Virus record (IMG/VR): IMGVR_UViG_2925891887_000001
Length of the DNA: 64,000 nt
Reading direction: 5' to 3' (one strand)
Origin: a virus
Lineage: Duplodnaviria; Heunggongvirae; Uroviricota; Caudoviricetes
The position numbers and the translations under genes are program-made. The notes below the pieces were generated by a model. That model was not told where the DNA came from, ran no database searches, and saw nothing but the letters and a program-made list of their open reading frames with translations. Shown here piece by piece: positions 49,012 through 60,500 of this stretch. Within the stretch, counting starts at the first letter, position 1, and every line of letters begins with the position of its first letter.

Positions 49012-49329
49012 ATGACCAAATTACTCGATCTCGATTCCATTCTGCCTCCGAAGAAAAGCATCAAATTTGGCGGTCAGGAATATCCCATCGTTGAAATGAC
49101 GGTAGGTCTGTTCGTTTCCATCAAGCAGATGGAAGGCAAAGATCTCATGAACATGTCTCCTGTTGAGCAAGTGACAGCTTATGCAGATCTGGTTCGTAAG
49201 GTTATCCCTTCAGTACCTGACGAAGTTCTTGAAAAACTGACTGTTCCGCAACTCCAGCAGATCTTCACCTTCGCTATGGAAGTGATTGATGAAGAAAACG
49301 AAAAAGCGGCTGGCGAAGGGGCAAAGTAA
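49012..49329 (+). CDS. tail assembly chaperone (gpG-like)
   Basis: Small acidic ORF between tail tube and tape-measure genes. Confidence 0.55.
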   Translation: MTKLLDLDSILPPKKSIKFGGQEYPIVEMTVGLFVSIKQMEGKDLMNMSPVEQVTAYADLVRKVIPSVPDEVLEKLTVPQLQQIFTFAMEVIDEENEKAAGEGAK

Positions 49330-49409
49330 TTTCCCGCGATGAATCCGGGACAAGGACCGTCTCAATAGATCTCGGATTCTATTTCAGTCGTGTAGTTGCT
49401 CACTACGCC

Positions 49410-49679
49410 GTGTCGCCATTAGAGCTACTGAACGTTCCTCTCACGATGTTCTGGATGCTCAGTCGCAATATAGACCGTCTGCGTGCGGAAGAGGATGTCC
49501 GCAACTTACAAGTCGCTCGTGCGTCCCAGGCGGATGGCGAGGCTGTGAAGGCGTTCATGGAGGGTTTGCAACTCAGGATTGGAAGACCAGTCGTAACAGA
49601 TAAAGTCTACGATCCAAGCCAGGATAAGGCAGACCCTGACGCCAAAGAGCAACTGATGCAAATATTTGGCAGAGGATGA
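49410..49679 (+). CDS. gpT-like segment, probably the -1 frameshift extension of the G-like chaperone
   Basis: ORF in -1 frame relative to G; both frames open over 49293-49329, which contains an A-run (cgaaaaag). Confidence 0.4.
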   Translation: MSPLELLNVPLTMFWMLSRNIDRLRAEEDVRNLQVARASQADGEAVKAFMEGLQLRIGRPVVTDKVYDPSQDKADPDAKEQLMQIFGRG

Positions 49680-49686
49680 CAAGGGA

Positions 49687-52600
49687 ATGTCACAAAACGT
49701 AGAGTTTATCCTGTCGCTGGAAGACAAACAGTTTACAGCGTCAATCGATCGTGCGGGGAAACTGCTTACTCGATTTGGTGAGCAGGTAACAAAGCCTGCT
49801 CAAAAAATCCAAACCTTTGAACGCTCTTTGGGTTCGGTCGCCCGTATCATTGGCGTTCTGGAAAGCAAGCTCGATTCTACGGCAGATAAACTACAGGATG
49901 TAGCTGCCGGTTTTGAGCTTGCTTCAGATGCTACGCGTAAAATGCGTGGCAACATCACCAGCCTCAATTCTGGTCTTAAAGCCCTGATTGAGCGCGTCGA
50001 TACGACAACTTCTTCAGTAGATAAACTCACCGCGTCATTACGTAAAGTGCAATCAGAGCTAAATGATTTCTCTGATTGGGCGACCTATGCAAGCAAAAGC
50101 GCAAGCCGCTTTGGTACGGAGGTCAAAGAAGCCTCTGCGTCCGTGAGTGGCATGAATACGCGCCTTAATACCACGACGAAGCGACTCAGTAATTGGGGTG
50201 TCTCAACGAGTCAGGCTGCCGAGGGACTGAAAAAGGTTCGTGAGCAGATGGACGAAGTTATCGGACGTCAGCAACTGATTAGCAAGCCGGTACGCGTTCG
50301 TACATCTGGAGGTAGCGATGGTGGCAGCGGGCGGCGTAGCGGCTCTGGCCATAGCGGTAAAAGTAACGAAGGAGGTATGTTCTCTGGCCTTCGTGGCAAC
50401 ATTTTCCTGCTTGGCGAGATCGGAGATGCAGCCAGAACGGTTACTGACATCATGTTTGGGTGGCAGAAGCCTATTGTTGAAGCTGCGGCCGAAATGGAAC
50501 GTATGCGGGTGATGCTTCGAGGGTTGAATAAGGAGAAGTCCAACCCGGGCCAGGCTGCCGCTGATGATATGAAGTACATCGTAGACATGGCTCAAAATGC
50601 GCCGTTCGCGATGCAGGCGTTAACAGACTCCTTCGTGAAGTTTCGTTCTGCTGGCTTAGATCCAACCGATGGTTCTCTGAAGGCGCTGGTGGACTCCGTT
50701 GCTCGTTTTGGTGGTGATAGTGAGCTGTTGAAACGTGCGGCTGTGGCCGTTCAGCAGATGTCCGGTAAGGGCGTTGTGTCAATGGAAGAGCTACGTCAGC
50801 AATTAGGTGAAGCCGTTCCTAACGCGATGCAGGCAATGGCAGACGCCGCAGGCATCACTATGGGGGAACTGACTAAAGCCGTTGCCAGCGGTACGGTTGA
50901 GGCAAAACAGGCGTTGTCTCTGATGTTTGTTGGTCTGCGTGCGGAGAATGAGAACGCAGCGAAAGACATGATGCAAACCTACACAGGTGCGCTGGCGCAA
51001 CTTCAGACGTCATTCACGTTATTTGCTGATCGGGTTGGTCAGGCCGGATATCTGGATTCTCTATCGAAGGGGATGAAAGAACTGGCTTCAATCATGAATA
51101 GCGCCGAAGGGATTTCGTTTGCCAATTCTTTAGGTTCGGGGTTAACAACGGCAATCGATGGGTTGCGTCAGCTTGCTCAATGGTTAGCAAAGAACCAAGA
51201 GCTGGTAATTAATCTCGGTAAGGTCGTGGCCGCGATGGTTGCGTTCAAACTGATGCGAGCAGGGATCATGGGGGTAGTTGGCGCTGGGAGCCAGATGGTT
51301 AGCACCTTTGCCACGATGGCGACCGCCATACAGACTCCATTTAACCTCGGCGCTACAGCAGTAACTCGATTCAATCGTGCGGCACGTATGGGGCTGGCTC
51401 CGATCCCCTCTCTTATTTTCGCCATCCGTGGGGCGATTACGGGGCTTAAAGGCGCTTTTGCTGGATTAACGGCGTTCATTGCAGCAAACCCTATAGGGGC
51501 AGCATTTACAGTTGCCACAGTAGCTGTTGCTGGCCTAATCACGTACATGACCATGCTCCGCAGCGAAACTTCAAAGGTCGTTGACGAGATTAGGAAAATA
51601 CCAGAGGCGATGACGGCGGCCAAACGTGCACAGATGGCGGAGTATAAAGCGCGTCTTGAGCAACAAATCACGCAAAAGGAACAAGAGTTAAAATCTGGCG
51701 AAAAGGTGGTTTATGGGCCGGGTATGGCCGGAACTACAGTAAAGATTAATCAGGATGAACGTAAGCGTATAGAAAATGAGCTAAATGACCTTCGTGAGAA
51801 ACGCGATAAAACTACTGGGGCAATTGAACGCGGAGACACTGCTGTAGCCAAACGTCTTGCAAAAGATGCGGCAGAATCACAGATAGAGAAAATACGGGAA
51901 GAGAATAGAGACTTTGCGGCAACATTCGCTAAAGCTCGTCAAGAGGCTCTGGATAAGATCCAGAAAATCAATGATGACGGTTCACTTTCAGATGACGAAA
52001 AGAACAAGCTATTGGCACCGTTACGTGAAACGGTAAACAAAAGCTATCTGGAGCCTGCGCAAAAACTGGTTGATTCACTTTCTTCTCGTAAGAATGCGAC
52101 CGAGAAGCAAATTGCGACTCTTAATGATCAGCTTGAAAAAGCCAAAAAGGATGGAAATACCGAGCAGATCCAGAAACTGCAAGGCAGTATTCGTGGTTAT
52201 CAGGAGCATTTGGAAGCCGTTGCTCAGGAGCTGACTCAGGCAGAGTTCGAGAGAGATAACGCGGCCAAAACTGGTAAGGGCGTAATGTCAAACCAGGGGA
52301 CTGTTCTTGGGTTAGGTACAACTGATAAAGCTGCTCAGAAGGCGCTGGCGCAATATATGCGAAACCAGATGGATTCTGCGACTTATCAGCGTACTTTGCC
52401 TGACGGCACTCCGATGATGGACTTCGAAGGTAAGCCGATTATTGGGCCTAAACAACTCAAGACGCAGCTTAATTTGCAGAAAGCATCCAGCGCCAGCTCT
52501 CTGGAGAAAATGAGCGATGAAGAGCGTGCCGCAGCCATTGCTGCACTGACTAAAGCTCGTGAACAGGATGCCGCAGCCGCCGAGAAAGCAGCCCAACGAT

Positions 52601-54261
52601 CAGCTAACGCCTCGCAGCGTGCGGCCAAGAAGGAACAGGCAGCGCAACAGAAACTGGCAGCCGGATACCAGAAGGCTCTGGACAAAGCCGATCAGCTTAT
52701 GGGGCAAATGGGTGAAAGCTCTAAGGCTACGGTATCGTTTGATCAGTCTCTTCGCGATACAACGAAATCGCTGACAGATTTGGCTAATGCGGTTCCTAAC
52801 GAGTTCATCACTCAAGAGATGATCGACAAGGCGAAAAAACGTCTTGAAGACCTCAAAAATGCGACACCTGAATATCGCGAGATGTTTAATCGCCGCAATG
52901 TTGAGCAGATGATCTCCACCTGGGCACCGGAGGCGGATTCCATTATTAGTGCTGGCTATACGCCGTCTCGCGAAGAGAAAGTTGCTGATTTCGAAGACAC
53001 CTACAACCGCAATCTCAAAGCGTTGATAGAACTTCGTGATAAGGCGTCTGATCCTAAAGTTGTGGCGCTTTATACAAAGAAAATCAATCAACTGATTGCT
53101 GCTGGCAATACCGCGCTTATTAAAGAGACGGGGACTGCGACGCAGAAGTTGGCACTGGAATACGAAAACCTGGCAGAGCAGATCGAAAGCACCTGGACTG
53201 ATTTGTTTAGTGGCTTAACTGATGTCCTGACTGATTTCGTTATTAACGGGAAGATGAGCTTCTCCAGCCTATCTCAGTCCATTTTGAAAGATATCACCAA
53301 TATGGTCGTGAAGTCGCAAATCACGCTGCCTCTAATGAACATGTTGGGGATGGGAACCACCGCAGCTGGTAGTTCACAGAGTGGCAATTTGCTCACTGGA
53401 GTTGCTTCTGCCGTTGCCAATCAAGGTGTACGAATGGGCAACACTGTTAATGGCGACAAGTCGGTAGGAGAAGCCACGAAGGAGACGTCCAGTTCGGTAA
53501 CTGGATTGGGGCAAACAACACAGCAGACCACCAGCGCAATTGGCACAGCAACAAATGCGATTGGTAGCTGGGTATCGGGGCTATTTGATAGCACCGAAGC
53601 CAAAGATGCTGAGACAAAAGCAGTGAAGGACTCCATCTTCTCGATGCAGAACCTCAGCTCTGTTACCGGCGCTCTGTCTGCCGCGTTTGCAATGCTTGGA
53701 GCTAATGCTTCCGGCTCTGGTAATAAGTGGTTGAATTTCGGCGCGACAGTTGCATCTGGTTTGGTTTCAGTATGGGCTGGTGGTGGATTCGATGGATTGA
53801 TGTCCGGTTCTTCTGGCTCAACTTCCGGGTTCAACAATCTGACCAGTTCTGCTGCCGATGGCACGAATGGTATTCCTGCAATTCCGAAGTTTGCAAATGG
53901 TGGCATATTCGGAAAAGACGGCGTGATCCCGCTCCGGGCATACCAGAAAGGCGGTATCGCCAACTCACCTCAATTGGCGTTGTTTGGGGAAGGCGATATG
54001 AATGAGGCGTATGTTCCATTGCCTGATGGCCGAACAATCCCTGTAACGCTCAGTACCGATGGTATGAGTGGAGGCGGAAATGTTCTTTCTCCTGTATCAA
54101 TTGAGATCAACGTCCATAGTGACGGTAGCACGACAGAATCCGGCGATACAGAAAGCATATGGAACAATGCCGCTCAACGGATGAAAGCAATCGCGCTTGA
54201 GACTATCGCTCAAGAGAAACGCCCTGGCGGATCACTCAACCCAAACACTCAACGTAACTAA
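49687..54261 (+). CDS. tail tape measure protein
   Basis: About 1525 aa, coiled-coil rich with hydrophobic segments; canonical position. Confidence 0.9.
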   Translation: MSQNVEFILSLEDKQFTASIDRAGKLLTRFGEQVTKPAQKIQTFERSLGSVARIIGVLESKLDSTADKLQDVAAGFELASDATRKMRGNITSLNSGLKALIERVDTTTSSVDKLTASLRKVQSELNDFSDWATYASKSASRFGTEVKEASASVSGMNTRLNTTTKRLSNWGVSTSQAAEGLKKVREQMDEVIGRQQLISKPVRVRTSGGSDGGSGRRSGSGHSGKSNEGGMFSGLRGNIFLLGEIGDAARTVTDIMFGWQKPIVEAAAEMERMRVMLRGLNKEKSNPGQAAADDMKYIVDMAQNAPFAMQALTDSFVKFRSAGLDPTDGSLKALVDSVARFGGDSELLKRAAVAVQQMSGKGVVSMEELRQQLGEAVPNAMQAMADAAGITMGELTKAVASGTVEAKQALSLMFVGLRAENENAAKDMMQTYTGALAQLQTSFTLFADRVGQAGYLDSLSKGMKELASIMNSAEGISFANSLGSGLTTAIDGLRQLAQWLAKNQELVINLGKVVAAMVAFKLMRAGIMGVVGAGSQMVSTFATMATAIQTPFNLGATAVTRFNRAARMGLAPIPSLIFAIRGAITGLKGAFAGLTAFIAANPIGAAFTVATVAVAGLITYMTMLRSETSKVVDEIRKIPEAMTAAKRAQMAEYKARLEQQITQKEQELKSGEKVVYGPGMAGTTVKINQDERKRIENELNDLREKRDKTTGAIERGDTAVAKRLAKDAAESQIEKIREENRDFAATFAKARQEALDKIQKINDDGSLSDDEKNKLLAPLRETVNKSYLEPAQKLVDSLSSRKNATEKQIATLNDQLEKAKKDGNTEQIQKLQGSIRGYQEHLEAVAQELTQAEFERDNAAKTGKGVMSNQGTVLGLGTTDKAAQKALAQYMRNQMDSATYQRTLPDGTPMMDFEGKPIIGPKQLKTQLNLQKASSASSLEKMSDEERAAAIAALTKAREQDAAAAEKAAQRSANASQRAAKKEQAAQQKLAAGYQKALDKADQLMGQMGESSKATVSFDQSLRDTTKSLTDLANAVPNEFITQEMIDKAKKRLEDLKNATPEYREMFNRRNVEQMISTWAPEADSIISAGYTPSREEKVADFEDTYNRNLKALIELRDKASDPKVVALYTKKINQLIAAGNTALIKETGTATQKLALEYENLAEQIESTWTDLFSGLTDVLTDFVINGKMSFSSLSQSILKDITNMVVKSQITLPLMNMLGMGTTAAGSSQSGNLLTGVASAVANQGVRMGNTVNGDKSVGEATKETSSSVTGLGQTTQQTTSAIGTATNAIGSWVSGLFDSTEAKDAETKAVKDSIFSMQNLSSVTGALSAAFAMLGANASGSGNKWLNFGATVASGLVSVWAGGGFDGLMSGSSGSTSGFNNLTSSAADGTNGIPAIPKFANGGIFGKDGVIPLRAYQKGGIANSPQLALFGEGDMNEAYVPLPDGRTIPVTLSTDGMSGGGNVLSPVSIEINVHSDGSTTESGDTESIWNNAAQRMKAIALETIAQEKRPGGSLNPNTQRN

Positions 54262-54459
54262 CTATCGACTGCCCCGACCGGGGCAGTCTCACAAGGATGT
54301 GAGATGGAAAGACAAACGTTTAATTGGTATCCAGATTACGAATCTGAAAAGAGCGTAAAACCGAATGTAACGGTACTTAATTTTGGTGATGACTACGAGC
54401 AGCGACAGGCTCAAGGTCTTAATCGTATTAAAGAAGAATGGTCGGGTAATGACTCCAAC

Positions 54460-54963
54460 TTATTGATAGTGTTTTATGTTCAGATAATGCCCGATGACTT
54501 TGTCATGCAGCTCCACCGATTTTGAGAACGACAGCGACTTCCGTCCCAGCCGTGCCAGGTGCTGCCTCAGATTCAGGTTATGCCGCTCAATTCGCTGCGT
54601 ATATCGCTTGCTGATTACGTGCAGCTTTCCCTTCAGGCGGGATTCATACAGCGGCCAGCCATCCGTCATCCATATCACCACGTCAAAGGGTGACAGCAGG
54701 CTCATAAGACGCCCCAGCGTCGCCATAGTGCGTTCACCGAATACGTGCGCAACAACCGTCTTCCGGAGCCTGTCATACGCGTAAAACAGCCAGCGCTGGC
54801 GCGATTTAGCCCCGACATAGCCCCACTGTTCGTCCATTTCCGCGCAGACGATGACGTCACTGCCCGGCTGTATGCGCGAGGTTACCGACTGCGGCCTGAG
54901 TTTTTTAAGTGACGTAAAATCGTGTTGAGGCCAACGCCCATAATGCGGGCAGTTGCCCGGCAT
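54460..54963 (-). CDS. insB: IS1 InsB reading frame (transposase made as InsAB' by frameshift)
   Basis: ORF in -1 frame overlapping insA 3' end; matches IS1 insB. Confidence 0.85.
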
Positions 54964-55157
54964 CCAACGCCATTCATGGCCATATCAATGATTTTCTGGT
55001 GCGTACCGGGTTGAGAAGCGGTGTAAGTGAACTGCAGTTGCCATGTTTTACGGCAGTGAGAGCAGAGATAGCGCTGATGTCCGGCGGTGCTTTTGCCGTT
55101 ACGCACCACCCCGTCAGTAGCTGAACAGGAGGGACAGCTGATAGAAACAGAAGCCAC
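54882..55157 (-). CDS. insA: IS1 InsA
   Basis: [43 protein letters not shown]... matches IS1 InsA. Confidence 0.9.
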
Positions 55158-55498
55158 TGGAGCACCTCAAAAACACCATCATACACTAAATCAGTAAGTT
55201 GGCAGCATCACCGAATGGTCGTTAACCTTTACCAGATCATACAACGAAATTAATGCAATCGATGACTTCCTGACTGAGCGAGCAGGCGTTGAGTCGTTCT
55301 ATTGGGTTAATCCAAGAGGAAAACGGATTGTAGTTGTATGTGACAGTCATACGGTCAAGCGATATCAGGGGTACTGTGTCTTAACTGCTACATTCAGACA
55401 AGTATTTGAGGCTTAAGTATCTGGATAAGTAAGTACTAATTTACTATCATTGTGGCGCTGACAGGATGTTAGCGCCTACTTATTTCAAGGATGAAACA

Positions 55499-56197
55499 AT
55501 GGGAATTAAAGCTGATATTCAGAGCTTATCTCCCTCTGCACTCATTGAGTTGTTCGTACTGGATATGTCGAACACAACTTCAGGGGGGAAGTTATTCTTC
55601 CACGCCGGAACAAACGAACTGATGCAACCTGTCGTCTGGCAAGGAGTGACATACGAGCCGTGGCCAATCAAAGCATCAGGCTTTGACAAAACTGGCCAGG
55701 GAACGTTGCCACGTCCAAAAATTCAGGTATCGAACTTTGCCGGAACCGTCTCTGCGGAAGTTCAGGCGAACGACGATCTTGTTGGCTGCCGCATTATTCG
55801 CAAGATGACGCTGGCTCGCTTCCTCGATGCCGTTAATTTTAAAGACGGCAACCCAACAGCAGATCCAAACCAACATTTCCCGGATGAAATGTGGTTTATC
55901 GAACAGAAAACGCTCGAAACTCATCAGGTTGTCGAGTTTGAGTTGTCCAGTGTGTTCGATTTGATGGGGGTGCAACTGCCGTATCGTCAGATCATTAAAA
56001 ACACCTGCCCGTGGAAATACCGAGGGCCAGAATGCGGCTATACCGGTCCATATTTCGACAAAAATAACCAGCAGACGTCTATGTCTGGTGCTGATTACTG
56101 CACAAAACGTTATGACGCCTGTAATGCGCGTCGGAATTATTTTGCCAACGGAGTGATCCATTTTGGCGGGTTTATTGGAGCTACGCGATATGGGTAA
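55499..56197 (+). CDS. minor tail protein gpL-like
   Basis: WQGVTYEPWPIKASGFD, ARFLDAVNF, C-terminal cysteine cluster (CPWKYRGPECGY, CTKRYDAC) as in lambda L; SD AAGGA. Confidence 0.8.
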   Translation: MGIKADIQSLSPSALIELFVLDMSNTTSGGKLFFHAGTNELMQPVVWQGVTYEPWPIKASGFDKTGQGTLPRPKIQVSNFAGTVSAEVQANDDLVGCRIIRKMTLARFLDAVNFKDGNPTADPNQHFPDEMWFIEQKTLETHQVVEFELSSVFDLMGVQLPYRQIIKNTCPWKYRGPECGYTGPYFDKNNQQTSMSGADYCTKRYDACNARRNYFANGVIHFGGFIGATRYG

Positions 56198-56987
56198 TAA
56201 AGCAATCCCTGAGCTTGGCTCTGATGTTATGCAGCAAATCTATCTCTGCGCCATAAATCGCTACCCTAATGAAGCGTGTGGCTTTCTGGTGAGAACTAAT
56301 GGCGACAAATATCGCTTTATGGAAGCGCGAAATGTTTCGGAGAACCCGCAGAACACTTTTGTAATGCACGTTGACGACATTATAGCGGCAGAGGATGCAG
56401 GTGACGTAATCGCAATCTGGCATTCACATACTGATGAATCAGCAGAAGCATCTGATGCCGATCGTGCAGGCTGTGAAGCGACGGAAGTTCCGTGGATGAT
56501 TCTGGCTATTCGCAAGAATGTTGAGGGAGATGCCCCTTTCCATTTTAGCGAGATGAATGTGATCACACCTGATGGTTTCGAAATGCCATACCTGGGTAGA
56601 CCGTATGTATTTGGCGTATTCGATTGCTGGATGTTGTGTCGGGACTATTTGAAGCGTGAGTTTAACGTCGAGCTTAACCCGAACGCACACCTGCATATTC
56701 CATCGTGGTACACCGGCGATAACGACATTCTCGACCAGAACTACCGAAACGAAGGGTTGGTACGGCTTGCGCCTGGAACAGAGCCTCAACGTGGGGACGT
56801 CTTCTTTATTCAATACGGGAAAATGCCAGATCACTGCGCGGTTTATATCGGCGATGGAATGATTCTTCATCACCAGATCGACCGTCTTAGTTGTCGTGCT
56901 TATTACGGCGGAATGTATCAGAAACATACGACGCATCACTTGCGTCACAGAGACTTGCTCAAGGGAGATGAGACGTGTCTGAGTTAG
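56190..56987 (+). CDS. tail tip protein gpK-like (MPN/JAMM plus NlpC/P60 domains)
   Basis: JAMM-like IWHSHTD...D motif and NlpC/P60-like Cys/His (FDCWMLCRDY ... HH). Confidence 0.7.
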   Translation: MGNKAIPELGSDVMQQIYLCAINRYPNEACGFLVRTNGDKYRFMEARNVSENPQNTFVMHVDDIIAAEDAGDVIAIWHSHTDESAEASDADRAGCEATEVPWMILAIRKNVEGDAPFHFSEMNVITPDGFEMPYLGRPYVFGVFDCWMLCRDYLKREFNVELNPNAHLHIPSWYTGDNDILDQNYRNEGLVRLAPGTEPQRGDVFFIQYGKMPDHCAVYIGDGMILHHQIDRLSCRAYYGGMYQKHTTHHLRHRDLLKGDETCLS

Positions 56988-57568
56988 TTCATGTGCAGCT
57001 TGGCGGACCTATGGCTAAACATTTTGGTCGCCACTGGCATCTAAAGGTGCGCAATACAAAACAGGCTCTGGATTTAATTGAAGCCAACAAGCCTGGGTTT
57101 AAAGCATGGATGAAGCGCAATATCAAAACCTATGACAGTTACCACATCCAGATCACCAATAAACAGGGCCACAAGTGGTCTGTTGACGAAAGTGAATATC
57201 AGATGATGGGGCAGTCTGACAACATTGCCAAAATCCGCATTACACCTGTTCCGCGAGGAAGCGGTGGATCTGCTTTTGGGTGGTTTCAGACGGTAGTAGG
57301 GGCCGCTTTGTTGGTTGTATCGGCGGTAGTGATGCCTGCTTTAGCACCTCTCGGTTTGTCACTGATGATGGGCGGCATATCACAAATCATATCGCCGCAA
57401 GCCACTAACGAAAGTGTGAGACAGGCAGATAACTCGAACTCTTATTATTTCGACGGCCCTCAAAATACAGAAAACCAGGGCAACCCAGTACAACTTATCT
57501 ATGGCGAGGAAATTCTGGTTGGCTCACAGGTTGTGAGTTCTTCAATCACGATTGACCAGCTAATGTAA
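56975..57568 (+). CDS. tail assembly protein gpI-like
   Basis: GTG start; hydrophobic central segment and C-terminal LIYGEEILVGSQVV typical of lambda I-type proteins. Confidence 0.65.
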   Translation: MSELVHVQLGGPMAKHFGRHWHLKVRNTKQALDLIEANKPGFKAWMKRNIKTYDSYHIQITNKQGHKWSVDESEYQMMGQSDNIAKIRITPVPRGSGGSAFGWFQTVVGAALLVVSAVVMPALAPLGLSLMMGGISQIISPQATNESVRQADNSNSYYFDGPQNTENQGNPVQLIYGEEILVGSQVVSSSITIDQLM

Positions 57569-57585
57569 ACAAGGATTTTTTGAAC

Positions 57586-60500
57586 ATGGAACAGTTCAAG
57601 AAGAAAAAGCTACCGCTGTTTATTGCCGGTGCGGGTGGTAAAAAAAGCAGCAAAAGCTCTAGTCGTACACCGGTTGAAGCCGACGATACCGTAAATTCTC
57701 GTGCAATGGCCGCTATCCTCGATCTTCTTGGGGAAGGGGTAATTGGCGGCTTAGTAAATGGCGCAAGATCTATTTTTATCGACGATCTGCCGATTGTAAA
57801 TGAAGACGGTTCCTCCAACTTCAGCGGAATCACATGGGATTTTCGCGACGGTTCACAAGACCAGACTCCAATGTCTGGCTTTGATTTCGTTGAAACGCCT
57901 AAATCCGTCAATATCCAGTTAAAAAAAACACATTATGTAACGGTTTCAATCGATAACGATGAAGCTGATCGGGTTCGTGTCATCATGAAGTTTCCTTCTT
58001 TGCGAAGCATAGATAAAAAAACTGGTGACACGAACGGTACGACTGTTGAGTACAAGTTCCAGATAGCAAATGGCGACTCAACATTTGTAGATGTGGTCGC
58101 GGAAGGTGAAAAAAGCGTTGGCATTAAGCTAACAGCAAAGAAGACCGGCGTTTATTACCGTAGCTACGAGCTGAAGCTGCCTAAGCCTGGACGCGCATAC
58201 AAGGTTCGTGTAGTCCGTATTACCGATGATAACAGTAGCCAGTATCTCTATAACGATACATGGGTGGATTCAATCGGGGAAATTGTCGATACACCGATGA
58301 ACTATCCAAACTCTGTTTTGGTTGGATTGAAGGTAAACTCTGAGCAATTCGGCAGCACCATGCCATCTCGCTCTTATCTGGTGCGTGGCCTAAAAATTCG
58401 AGTACCTTCAAACTATAACGAGTCCAGTAACACTTACGCTGGGGTATGGGATGGCACTTTTAAGCTGTTGTCTTCTTCGAACCCCGCGTGGATTCTCTTT
58501 GATTTGCTGACCAATGCTCGATATGGCCTTGGTCAGTATGTGTCGGAATCTATGATTGACCTTGGCCAGTTGTACCAGATTGGTCGATATTGTGACGAAG
58601 AGGTCGATGATGGCTTTGGTGGCAAAGAGAAACGCTTTGCAATCAATACGCAGATCACCAGTCGACAGGACGCATACCGGCTAATTCAGGATATTGCCGG
58701 AGCATTCCGCGGCATGGTGTTTTGGGCTGGTGGGATGGTTAACATCATGCAGGATAGCCCATCAGATCCGGTAATGATGTTTACCAACTCTAACGTCAAA
58801 GATGGATTGTTTACCTATAAAGGTTCTGCGCGTAAAGATCGCCCATCCGTTGCGCTCGTAACCTACAACAACAAGGAGGACGGTTATAAGCAAAACATCG
58901 AGTACGTCGAAGATCAGGACGCAATGCGCCGTTATGGTGAGCGTAAAACAGAAGTCGTAGCATTTGGCTGTACAAGCCGAGGGCAGGCTCACCGAGTTGG
59001 TTTGTGGCTTTTATATACCGCCAGAATGGAGTCGGATGTAATTACATTTACTGCCGGCTTAGACGCGTCATTTCTGATGCCTGGTGAAACCGTTCTGATT
59101 CAGAACAAATATCGCGCAGGCAAACGTAACTCAGGTCGAATTGTGGCGTTTACCAAAAACAGCGTCACACTCGATGCGCCTGTGTCGTTAGCCAAAGGCG
59201 GCTGCTTTATTCGAATACTGAATCAGGAAGGCAAAATCGTTGAACGCGATGTTCTTGAAACTGGCGAAAATATAACAAAAGTTACGTTTTCAAAAGCCCT
59301 GTCTTCGGCTGAAACGCCTGTTTTGAACGGCGTCTGGACTATTACAGAACCAGACCTCGAACCTATGCGCGTTCGCATCGTTAACATCGCGCAGGGGGAA
59401 ACGCCGGGTAGCTTTGACATCACCGCTGTTGAGAACAATCCGTCTAAATATGAGGCAATCGACAATGGTGCAACGCTGATCCCACAGAATACGACGGTAT
59501 TGGACCCAACTTACTCCAAGCCATCTAATCTGCAAATCACTGAAGGGACTTATCTCTCAAGCCCGGGCAACCTGTCAGTAAAACTGACTGCAACATGGGA
59601 AGGGAAATCTCCAGAGTATTGGATCAGTTGGCGACGTTCTGATGAAAACAATGTATCGAACTGGCAATCGGCGCGTGTAACCGAAGAGCAATACGAAATC
59701 GTTAATGTCGCGGAGAATGGACGCTACGACTTCCAGCTGTATGCGGTTTCATTCAACGGTAAAAAAACAGAGATTATCAGTACCGTTTATCAGGTGTTGG
59801 GCACAATGACACCGCCGGATGCCCCAACGTCATTAACGGCCGTTGGAGACTATCGTAATGTGATACTGAATTGGGTTAATCCAGATTCGGTAGACCTTGA
59901 TCACATTAATGTTTACGCATCCCAGACCAACAATCTGGATACGGCGAAACTGATCGCAGAGTCTGCAAGCACCACCTTTACACATGCTGGTCTTGGGGAT
60001 AGCGAAACGTGGTATTACTGGGTTCGAGCATCGAACAAGCGAGGTATGTTAAGTCCTCCGAACTCAAACTTGGGTACAGAGGCGACAACTCGCGATGTAC
60101 TGTCGTTCCTGACTGGCAAAATTACATCTTCCGAGCTTGGTCAGGCTCTGCTTGAGGACATCAACAGCAAAGCCTCTCAAGAAGCAGTTGACGAGTTAAA
60201 TGAGCATATCAACCAGAGCGTCGAATCTTTGGAGGGGGCGGTAAACGACGTTAAGGAAGATATAGCTGAATTAGATAAGCAGTTCAGCGATAACCTCGCG
60301 GATTTTGAAATAAAATTCAACGAGCGTAGCGATGCTTTGGAGAACGCACAAACCGAGCTTAAAGGTGAGGTTTCGGCAACGATCGACAAGGTCAATGAAG
60401 CGTTTGAAAAAATTGATGCTACTGATGCTGCAATTGTTGAAATCGAAAACACCGTATCTGAACACGATAAAGCTCTCGCTAATACAGTCGAGGCAATAAA

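Larger units (their letters stand above)
54445..55212 (-). mobile_element. IS1 insertion sequence, complete
   Basis: 768 bp bounded by GGTAATGACTCCAACTTATTGATAGTGTT and AACACCATCATACACTAAATCAGTAAGTTGGCAGCATCACC; 9-bp direct repeat GAATGGTCG at 54436-54444 and 55213-55221. Confidence 0.95.
54304..55416 (+). pseudogene. gpM-like minor tail protein gene interrupted by IS1
   Basis: First 47 codons (MERQTFNWYPDY...NFGDDYEQRQAQGLN...EEWS) resemble lambda gpM N-terminus; frame resumes after IS1 for about 65 codons to a stop near 55416. Confidence 0.8.
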
